Assembly: GCA_963780225.1 (NCBI GenBank)
Contig: CAWAAX010000012.1
Span: 1-24,074 of the forward strand
Reading direction: 5' to 3'
Source of the DNA: an uncultured bacterium
GTDB taxonomy: Bacteria > Edwardsbacteria > AC1 > EtOH8
DNA: 24,074 nucleotides
Shown here in pieces: positions 17,262 through 24,074 of the stretch. A program made the translations under genes and the position numbers. The notes below the pieces were generated by a model. It made no database searches. It was not told the origin of the DNA and saw nothing but the letters and a program-made list of their open reading frames with translations. How positions within the stretch are numbered: position 1 is the stretch's first letter; the number at the start of each line of letters is the position of its first letter.

Positions 17262-17269
17262 AACTTCTA

Positions 17270-17297
17270 ATCATACCAATTTATCGGATAAAGTCAA
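17270..17297 (-). promoter_or_regulatory. Putative sigma70 promoter, near-leaderless, for the 623-aa gene
   Basis: TTGACT-N16-TATGAT (TGn extended), only 8 nt from the ATG at 17261. No SD. Confidence 0.55.
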
Positions 17298-17378
17298 GAG
17301 AAAAAGAAAGATCTGAGCGGTGAAGCCGGCCCGGAGGACAGGACCATAAATTCGCCAGTCCTTTTTATTTTTTACCAA

Positions 17379-17407
17379 TTGACAGACATATTTTAAGATG
17401 TTATCAT
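17379..17407 (+). promoter_or_regulatory. Putative sigma70 promoter for the secreted protein gene
   Basis: TTGACA-N17-TATCAT with extended -10 TGn. Confidence 0.7.
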
Positions 17408-17449
17408 ACAAGGTTAAAGGAAATGCCCAAAAAACATTGGGGAGGGAAC

Positions 17450-18283
17450 ATGAGAAAGATCACTTCTTTCATGGCCGTGGTGTTGGCGATCGCAGGCCTG
17501 TCATCCGCCGCCGAGGTAACCATTGACGGCAGCCGGCTGGAGGCCTCATCCCGCAATGCCAAGGCTGCGGGCCAGGCCGCCCGGTTGTCCGGCTCGTTTA
17601 CCTACGGCGCCGCCGAATATTCGGTGCCGCTGCCCCCGTCAGCCGACCGGGTGAAGATGGAGCTGTCGTTTGACAACCAGAGCGGCAAGTGGCTGAAGAT
17701 GTACGTCTACAACTACGGCACGGTCTACGACGACCCCAGCTACCGCAATCAGAAACTGGCCCCCAACTGGCGGCTGTGGCAGGCCACCAACGGCACCGGC
17801 AGCTGGAACACCAAAAACCCCGAATATCTTTACACCACCTCCTCCGACGGCAGGCTGGACTATCTGGGCCCGGACAACCGGCTGAGGATCCTGTTCTATG
17901 CCGACGGCGGCGTGCCGTACCTGGGCGACGGACGTTTTTTGATCAGGCAGATCAAGATCACCTATTCCTCCAGCGAGGCCGTGGCCTCACAGGTCATCAC
18001 CTCAGCCGACGCCTGGATAGAGGGGGATTATCTGCTGGTCCGGGGCACGGGCAAGGGCAAGACCAAGATCGACCTGCCGGGTTACGAAAGCATGACCAAG
18101 TCCCAGGCCCTGAGGGCGGCCCGGGTGACGGCCTACAAGAACCTGGGGATAGCCCTGGGCAGGATATCGCCTAAAGGAGGGACGGCCAATATTCCGGGGG
18201 CCAAGGTCCGGTCCACCAGGATGTTTGAGGATTACAGTGCGGAGATAATACTGGAAGTGCCGCTGGCCAGCCTGCAGAAGTAA
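17450..18283 (+). CDS. Secreted hypothetical protein, beta-rich N-terminal domain plus LPP20-like C-terminal domain, 277 aa
   Basis: SD GGAGG before ATG 17450. Signal peptide MRKITSFMAVVLAIAGLSSA. C-terminal VRGTG...ALRAARVTAYKNL pattern resembles LPP20-type domains. Confidence 0.7.
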   Translation: MRKITSFMAVVLAIAGLSSAAEVTIDGSRLEASSRNAKAAGQAARLSGSFTYGAAEYSVPLPPSADRVKMELSFDNQSGKWLKMYVYNYGTVYDDPSYRNQKLAPNWRLWQATNGTGSWNTKNPEYLYTTSSDGRLDYLGPDNRLRILFYADGGVPYLGDGRFLIRQIKITYSSSEAVASQVITSADAWIEGDYLLVRGTGKGKTKIDLPGYESMTKSQALRAARVTAYKNLGIALGRISPKGGTANIPGAKVRSTRMFEDYSAEIILEVPLASLQK

Positions 18284-18304
18284 AAGGCGAATAGAGGGTA
18301 CATC

Positions 18305-18330
18305 TATAAGGAAACCAGGAATGCAGGAAT
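18305..18330 (+). repeat. Second copy of the family 1 repeat arm
   Basis: TATAAGGAAACCAGGAATGCAGGAAT, 25/26 identical to 14098-14123. Confidence 0.8.
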
Positions 18331-18392
18331 ACTCTTGGGTGTTTTTTAATTTCAGGGATGATGATTTAATCACTAAATATCAATCTGTTTAA

Positions 18393-18436
18393 TAGTTCGG
18401 CAGAGCCTGCCCTGAGTGGTGTCGAAGGGCTCACTA
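18393..18436. repeat. GC-rich REP-like palindromic element
   Basis: TAGTTCGGCAGAGCCTGCCCTGAGTGGTGTCGAAGGGCTCACTA, with nested complementary segments in an AT-rich spacer. Confidence 0.5.
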
Positions 18437-18491
18437 CAACGTCTGCGGATGGTTCCGCTTTTCAATTACTTTTCATTCTATATAACAACCG

Positions 18492-20633
18492 ATGGATCTG
18501 CTCAACAATCTCAATCCTCCCCAGCGCGAGGCCGTCACCTATCTGGACGGCCCGGTGCTGATATTGGCCGGGGCCGGCTCGGGCAAGACCCGGGTGCTGA
18601 CCCACCGTCTGGCCTACATTACCGGCACCGGAGCCTGCGCCCCCTGGAACATCCTGGCGGTCACCTTTACCAACAAGGCGGCATCGGAGATGAAACAGCG
18701 GGTGGCTGCTCTTTTAAAGCGACCGGCCGAAGGCCTGTGGATCGGGACCTTCCATTCCGTCTGCGGGCGGATCCTGCGCCAGGACGGCTTTAGGCTGGGC
18801 TACGGCCGGGACTTCACCATCTACGACGAGTCGGACAAGCTGTCGCTGATCAAAAGGATCATGGCCGACCTGGCCATCCCCGAGCGCCGGGTCGCTCCCC
18901 GGGCTGTGATCTCCCGGATCTCCGGGGCCAAGGACCAGATGATAGGGCCGGAGGAATACCAGAAGACGGCCTACGACTTCTTCGAAAAGGAGGTGGCCCG
19001 GGTCTATCCCGCCTACCAGCAGGCTTTGCTGAGGAACCAGGCCATGGACTTTGACGACCTGCTGGTCAATGCGGTGCGGCTGTTCCAGGAGAACCCCGGC
19101 ACCCTGGAGGAATACACCGAAAAATTCAAGCATATCCTGGTGGACGAATACCAGGACACCAACCACACCCAGTACCTGCTGGTAAAGCTCCTTTCAGTCA
19201 AGAACCGGCGGCTGTGCGTGGTGGGAGACGACGACCAGTCCATCTACGGCTTCAGGGGGGCCGACATCCGCAACATCCTGGAGTTCGAGAAGGATTTCCC
19301 CGAGGCCAAGGTCATCCGGCTGGAACAGAACTACCGCTCCACCAAGACCATCCTGGAATGCGCCAACCAGGTGGTCAAGAACAACCTGGGCCGCAAGGGC
19401 AAGAACCTGTGGACCGAGAATGCTTCCGGGGACAAGGCCTCCCTGTGGCAGGCCTGGGACGAGCGGGACGAGGCCGACAAGATCTGCCTGAACATCAAAT
19501 CGAACATGGCCCAGGCCTCGCTCAAGGACATGGTGGTGCTGTACCGCACCAACGCCCAGAGCCGGGCCCTGGAGGACGCCTGCCGCCGCTATTCCCTGCC
19601 CTACCTGATAGTGGGCGGGGTGAAATTCTACGAGCGCAAGGAGGTCAAGGACCTGATGGCCTATCTTAAGGTGGCGGCCAACCCCGCCGACGGCGTCAAT
19701 TTAAAACGGATAGTCAACGAGCCGCCCCGGGGCATCGGCGACACCAGCCTGATGCGGATAGAGGCCTGGGCCGCCGAAAGCAAGCTCTCCCTTTACCGGG
19801 CTTTGGAGCAGGCCGACCAGGTGCCGGGCCTGGGGCCGGGGGTAAAGGCCGCCGCCAAAGCTTTTCACGGGTTCATGGAAGAATTAAAAACCATGGCCTT
19901 GACCAAGACCGCCGAAGAAATCATCAAGGAACTGGTGGAAAGAACCTCGTACCTTAAGCACCTGCAGGGGCAGTACCCCGACTCCGAGGAGGCCGACAGC
20001 CGGGCCGAGAACGTGGGCGAGCTGGAGGCCGCGGCCAACGATTTCTGCGAACGGTCGGAGGACAAGTCACTGCCCGCCTTTTTGGCCGAAGTATCGCTGG
20101 TGGCCGACATCGATCGCTGGGACCCGCAGTCCCAGGCCGTTACTTTAATGACCATGCACAACGCCAAGGGGCTGGAGTTCGACCACGTCTACATCGCCGG
20201 GCTGGAGGACGGCCTGCTGCCGCACTCGGCCTCGGTGGAGTCCCGACAGGAGCTGGAGGAGGAGCGGCGCCTCTTCTACGTGGCCATCACCCGGGCCAAA
20301 AAGAGCCTGCATCTCTGCCTGGCCTCCTCCCGGCGCCGCTTCGGCGGGCTGATGCCGGCGGTGCCCTCGCGCTTTTTGGCCGAGCTGCCCCGCGACCTTT
20401 TGGAGATCCAGGGCCGGGCCGGAAAGACCGAGATCACCAGGGTCCCGGCCGAGGACATGGACCAGGATCTGCCGGAGACCGGGACCATCAAGGGCCAGGC
20501 CGTCCGGCATTCGGTCTGGGGCCGGGGCAAGGTGGTGGAGGTGGAGGGCGAGGGCGAGGAGATGAAGCTATCCATAGTCTTTTCCGGGGGCTTAAGGAAG
20601 AAGGTGCTGGCCAGTTTTGTGGTCAGGGATTGA
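18492..20633 (+). CDS. pcrA: ATP-dependent DNA helicase PcrA/UvrD, 713 aa
   Basis: LNPPQ, AGAGSGKT, VTFTNKAA, DEYQDTN, GDDDQSIY, LEQNYRS, LYRTNAQSR, HNAKGLEF, EERRLFYVAITRA, C-terminal Tudor-like VRHSVWGRG. Confidence 0.96.
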   Translation: MDLLNNLNPPQREAVTYLDGPVLILAGAGSGKTRVLTHRLAYITGTGACAPWNILAVTFTNKAASEMKQRVAALLKRPAEGLWIGTFHSVCGRILRQDGFRLGYGRDFTIYDESDKLSLIKRIMADLAIPERRVAPRAVISRISGAKDQMIGPEEYQKTAYDFFEKEVARVYPAYQQALLRNQAMDFDDLLVNAVRLFQENPGTLEEYTEKFKHILVDEYQDTNHTQYLLVKLLSVKNRRLCVVGDDDQSIYGFRGADIRNILEFEKDFPEAKVIRLEQNYRSTKTILECANQVVKNNLGRKGKNLWTENASGDKASLWQAWDERDEADKICLNIKSNMAQASLKDMVVLYRTNAQSRALEDACRRYSLPYLIVGGVKFYERKEVKDLMAYLKVAANPADGVNLKRIVNEPPRGIGDTSLMRIEAWAAESKLSLYRALEQADQVPGLGPGVKAAAKAFHGFMEELKTMALTKTAEEIIKELVERTSYLKHLQGQYPDSEEADSRAENVGELEAAANDFCERSEDKSLPAFLAEVSLVADIDRWDPQSQAVTLMTMHNAKGLEFDHVYIAGLEDGLLPHSASVESRQELEEERRLFYVAITRAKKSLHLCLASSRRRFGGLMPAVPSRFLAELPRDLLEIQGRAGKTEITRVPAEDMDQDLPETGTIKGQAVRHSVWGRGKVVEVEGEGEEMKLSIVFSGGLRKKVLASFVVRD

Positions 20634-20845
20634 ATAACTTCCAGTCAAGCAAGAAGCATCCGGTCAATCCCCAAATAACTGAGCCTTTATCCGAGACACC
20701 AGGGCCATTTCCTGGTTGACCGGGAACTCAGGGTAAAAATCCAACCGTAAAAATGCGTTTTTTGAAAAGTATATTGAGAATATCCCGCAACAGCAAAAGC
20801 AGTCTGGGTTAAAAAACCCATATCAAAAAAGAAAAATTATTTGGC

Positions 20846-20874
20846 TTGACAGAGTATTATTTAACAGGTATATT
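20846..20874 (+). promoter_or_regulatory. Sigma70 promoter producing a probable leaderless mRNA
   Basis: TTGACA-N17-TATATT, then 5 nt to the ATG at 20880. No SD. Confidence 0.7.
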
Positions 20875-20879
20875 ATCAG

Positions 20880-21842
20880 ATGATTCATCAGCCTTCATAT
20901 TTAAAACTATTCCAAGACGGCCGGTTGGATGACAAGTGCCGGGAGGCCGAATCACTACTGTCTTCCTGCACGCTATGTCCCAGAGAGTGCGGAGTAAACA
21001 GGCTGGAAAACCAAAAGGGATTCTGCCGCAGCGGCCGTCTGCCCGTTGTTTCCAGCTATAACGCCCATTTGGGAGAAGAGCCGCCCATCTCGGGTACCAA
21101 AGGTTCGGGCACCATATTCTTCGCCAACTGCAATATGGCCTGCGTTTACTGCCAGAACTGGCCGATCAGCCAGCTGGGCCAGGGCCAGGAAGTGTCCTTT
21201 GAACGCCTGGCCGGAATGATGCTGGAATTGCAGGAACGGGGCTGCCACAACATCAACTTCGTCACCCCTTCGCACATGACGGCTCAGATCCTGTTGTCGC
21301 TGCGGCTGGCAGTGGAGAGGGGTTTTAATTTGCCGTTGGTCTACAACTCCAGCGGATACGATTCCCAAAATTCCCTGAAACTCATGGATGGCGTGGTGGA
21401 CATTTACCTGCCCGATATCCGTTACTGCGATCCGGAGGCGGCCGAAAAGTATTCGCAGGCTCCGGACTATCCCGAGGTCTGCCGGGCCGCCCTGAAAGAG
21501 ATGTGGCGCCAGGCCGGTGAACTTGAGACCGACCAAAACGAAATAGCCCGGAGGGGTATGATCGTCAGGCACTTGGTCCTGCCCAACCGGCTTTCCCAGA
21601 CCAGGGAAGCGTTGGCCTTTTTAGCAAATGAAATATCTCCGTCGGTACATCTTTCCCTGATGGCCCAGTATTTTCCCGCGCATCAAACAGCGGCCATGCC
21701 GGAGATCGACCGCCGCCTGACGTCTGAGGAATACCGGCAGGCCCTGGAATGGCTGGAGGAGCTGGGATTGGAGAACGGCTGGCATCAGGAACTGGATGAC
21801 AGCGGGGGCGGGCCGGCGGACCGGATAGTGAGGGAGCCATGA
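20880..21842 (+). CDS. Radical SAM protein, PflX-like (putative activating enzyme family), 320 aa
   Basis: CTLCPRECGVNR...GFC, HLGEEPPISG, GTIFF, CNMACVYCQN (CxxxCxxC), HNINFVTP, DIYLPD, IVRHLVLP, MAQYFP. Confidence 0.92.
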   Translation: MIHQPSYLKLFQDGRLDDKCREAESLLSSCTLCPRECGVNRLENQKGFCRSGRLPVVSSYNAHLGEEPPISGTKGSGTIFFANCNMACVYCQNWPISQLGQGQEVSFERLAGMMLELQERGCHNINFVTPSHMTAQILLSLRLAVERGFNLPLVYNSSGYDSQNSLKLMDGVVDIYLPDIRYCDPEAAEKYSQAPDYPEVCRAALKEMWRQAGELETDQNEIARRGMIVRHLVLPNRLSQTREALAFLANEISPSVHLSLMAQYFPAHQTAAMPEIDRRLTSEEYRQALEWLEELGLENGWHQELDDSGGGPADRIVREP

Positions 21843-23479
21843 CCAAAAAGTGCTGGGAGGAGGTCATTTGCACCCGGGAGGACTGTCCGGTCAAGCAGAA
21901 TCAGGAAGACTACTGCTGGCTTTCCGAAGCCCGGGTCTGCCTGGACGGGCAGAACAGGGACATCCGGGAACGCCTGCACCAGTGCTGCCGGGACTGCCCC
22001 CATTTTCAGAAAACCTTGGAACGCAGCACCGGCCGGCGCCTCACCGACCAGGTGATGGCGGAAACCGTCTTAAAACTGCTGGAGGAGATGGGCGGGATCC
22101 ATGCTGAACTGGCGGCCAGCAACCGCCAGTTGGGGCAAAAGATGAGGGAACTGGCCATCCTCAACGAAGGGACCAAGGCCCTGCAGACCACCTTGGATCT
22201 GGAGCAGGTGCTGCATATAGTTTTGACCGGGGTGACCGCCGCCCAGGCCCTGAGCCTGAACCGGGCCTTTTTGCTGCTGGTGGACGGCAATCGGAAAAAT
22301 TTAGTCGGGAAGATGGCGGTGGGGCCGGGCGGGGCCGAAGAGGCCTTCAACATCTGGAACGAGCTGCAGAAATCACCCCGTTCATTCCTGGAAATGGCTT
22401 TGACCCCCTACCGCCAGGTACAGGGAAACATTTTGGTCAACCAGTTGGTGAAAAACATTTCGATCCCGTTGAACGACCGGTCCAATGTCCTGATTCAGGT
22501 TCTGGAATCAAAAAAGCCGCTGCTGGTAAACGATGCCTCCTCCCTTCCCGGCGCCCTGGAACTGGCCGGTTGGTTGAAGGTCAACTCCTTCATCATCGCC
22601 CCGCTGGTGGCTGAGCAGGAAACCCTGGGGATCATCCTGGCCGACAATGCCGTCACCAAAATGCCGATCCAGCCGGACGACGTTACTTTGCTGGAGATCT
22701 TCGCCGGACAGGTCTCGGCCTTCATCCGGAACGCCGGGCTGTACCAGAGTTTAAAGGACAAGGTGAGGGAACTGCAGCAGAGCCAGGAAAAACTTTTGAA
22801 GGCCGAGCGGATGGCGGCGGTGGGAGAGATGGCGGCGGTGTTGGCGCACGAGATCCGCACTCCTATGGTCTCCATCGGCGGGTTCATCAATTCCATGATC
22901 CGGGAAAGGCCGGAAGACCCCAAATTCGGCCAGCAGCTTAAGATCATCAGCTCCGAGATCGACCGGCTGGAGGGGGTGCTGACCGACACCCTGGAACTGT
23001 CGCGGTTCAAGGAGCCGGAGCTGGTCAGCGAGAACATTAACGATGTGGTCAAACGTTGCAGCGGTGTGTTAAAGACCGAGTTTGACCGCCAGAACATAAA
23101 GGTGGAGATGTCGCTGGAGGAAGGTCTGGCCCCGGTCTGGATAGACCGCCGCCAGTTTCCCCAGGTGCTGATGAACCTGCTGAAGAACGCCCTGCATGCC
23201 ATGCCGCTGGGCGGAAATCTGTCGGTACGCACCTGGCTGGACGCCGGTCCGGAACTGGCGATCTCGATCTCCGACACCGGCTCGGGCATCCCCCGCCAGG
23301 AGCTGGAGCATGTCTTTGAGCCCAAGTTCACCACCAAACGGGGCGGGCTGGGCATCGGCCTGGCGGTCAGCAAAAAAATAGTGGAGAGCCACCGGGGCAG
23401 CATCACGGTCAGCTCGGCCGAAGGCCGGGGGACATCGTTCGTGATCCGCCTGCCTTCGGGCAATCAAACGGCAGTATAA
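21839..23479 (+). CDS. Cytoplasmic sensor histidine kinase: Cys-rich CW...CW N-terminal domain, GAF, HisKA, HATPase, 546 aa
   Basis: 8 Cys in the first 53 aa. GAF (LNRAFLLL, IAPLVA, GIILADN). H-box AHEIRTP, N-box NLLKNA, G1 DTGSGI, F-box FEPKFTTK, G2 GLGIGL. No TM segment. ATGA overlap with the upstream gene. Confidence 0.93.
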   Translation: MTKKCWEEVICTREDCPVKQNQEDYCWLSEARVCLDGQNRDIRERLHQCCRDCPHFQKTLERSTGRRLTDQVMAETVLKLLEEMGGIHAELAASNRQLGQKMRELAILNEGTKALQTTLDLEQVLHIVLTGVTAAQALSLNRAFLLLVDGNRKNLVGKMAVGPGGAEEAFNIWNELQKSPRSFLEMALTPYRQVQGNILVNQLVKNISIPLNDRSNVLIQVLESKKPLLVNDASSLPGALELAGWLKVNSFIIAPLVAEQETLGIILADNAVTKMPIQPDDVTLLEIFAGQVSAFIRNAGLYQSLKDKVRELQQSQEKLLKAERMAAVGEMAAVLAHEIRTPMVSIGGFINSMIRERPEDPKFGQQLKIISSEIDRLEGVLTDTLELSRFKEPELVSENINDVVKRCSGVLKTEFDRQNIKVEMSLEEGLAPVWIDRRQFPQVLMNLLKNALHAMPLGGNLSVRTWLDAGPELAISISDTGSGIPRQELEHVFEPKFTTKRGGLGIGLAVSKKIVESHRGSITVSSAEGRGTSFVIRLPSGNQTAV

Positions 23480-23508
23480 TGTTAGGGGGAATATGTAAAA
23501 TTATACTT

Positions 23509-23580
23509 GCCACAAAGTCACCAAGGCACAAAAGTATGGCAAATTGAAGTAGATTATTAGAGTCTTAGTGTCTTAGTGGC
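23509..23580. repeat. Imperfect inverted-repeat element of 8-nt tandem units (family 2)
   Basis: GC-CACAAAGT-CACCAAGG-CACAAA ... TTAGAGTC-TTAGTGTC-TTAGTGGC. 18/24 complementary. Confidence 0.7.
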
Positions 23581-23615
23581 TAAATCTAATCCCAACAAAA
23601 CGGAAGGATCAGTAT

Positions 23616-23975
23616 ATGGGTAGATTGCTGGTAGTGGACGACGACCCGAACCTCCGGTTGTTATACCAAAAAGAACTGGAGGCTATGAGTCACCAGATCA
23701 CCACCGCCGCCTCGGCCGAAGAAGCCAGGCAGTGCTTTGAAAGGGAAAAGCCGGAGCTGGTGGTGCTGGATCTGAAACTGACCGCCGAGGAGGGCGGCCT
23801 GGAGGCCCTGCGCTGGATGCGGGATTTTGACCCCAGGATCCCCATCATCATCAATACTGCCTACCCGGCCTACAAGGCGGATTTCTCCTCCTGGCTGGCC
23901 GATGCTTACATAGTAAAGTCCGGGAACCTGGATGAACTGAAAGTAACTATAAACAAACTTTTAACCAAAAACTAA
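23616..23975 (+). CDS. Single-domain response regulator (receiver only), 119 aa
   Basis: LLVVDDD, VVLDLKL (phospho-Asp), IINTAY, YIVKS. SD GAAGGA. Confidence 0.93.
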   Translation: MGRLLVVDDDPNLRLLYQKELEAMSHQITTAASAEEARQCFEREKPELVVLDLKLTAEEGGLEALRWMRDFDPRIPIIINTAYPAYKADFSSWLADAYIVKSGNLDELKVTINKLLTKN

Positions 23976-23993
23976 CATTAAAAGGAGAGCAAA

Positions 23994-24074
23994 GTGAAAA
24001 AGGTTCTGACCATTAGTTTTATGTTTATGACCGTATTATTGGTCAGCTCATCCGGTTATTCTCAGGACACGACA
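23994..24074 (+). CDS. Partial CDS, N-terminus of a secreted protein, truncated by the window end
   Basis: SD AAGGAG, GTG start, open frame MKKVLTISFMFMTVLLVSSSGYSQDTT, a typical signal peptide. Confidence 0.7.
   Translation, partial: MKKVLTISFMFMTVLLVSSSGYSQDTT

Noticed and set aside
18416..18793. 125-aa ORF overlapping the pcrA start
   Set aside because: Begins inside a REP-like element and is an alternate frame of pcrA.
18492..20633. UvrD helicase as part of an anti-phage system (e.g. Gabija)
   Set aside because: Full-length housekeeping PcrA architecture with C-terminal Tudor-like domain, host-like GC, and no adjacent nuclease or ATPase.

Overview
Mostly GC-rich bacterial chromosomal window (coding regions roughly 55-62% GC, AT-rich intergenic spacers) with 16 complete CDSs and 1 partial CDS. 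No rRNA, tRNA, CRISPR array or transposase was seen. In order: (-) ABC-2 permease/M1-type metallopeptidase fusion, ABC ATPase, CPBP intramembrane protease and HIT hydrolase; (+) TGS/SAD-fused uridine-kinase-like protein and an AT-rich orphan lipoprotein; (-) DUF4388/PATAN-like protein coupled to a membrane TPR/Cys-cluster protein; (+) Cu(I)-type P1B ATPase CopA; (-) HAD hydrolase and a 623-aa protein apparently built from GlnD-like ACT repeats; (+) secreted protein, PcrA/UvrD helicase, PflX-like radical SAM protein overlapping a Cys-rich GAF histidine kinase, a stand-alone receiver, and the start of a secreted protein. The most unusual signals are several families of short intergenic palindromic elements (one REPIN-like doublet with covarying hairpins, two or three with a triple ~8-mer inverted architecture), apparent leaderless genes, an ECF-sigma-like promoter ahead of the ABC/peptidase operon, the catalytic-domain-free ACT-repeat protein, and the radical SAM/Cys-rich kinase coupling. 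All product calls come from motif recognition by eye, not database searches.
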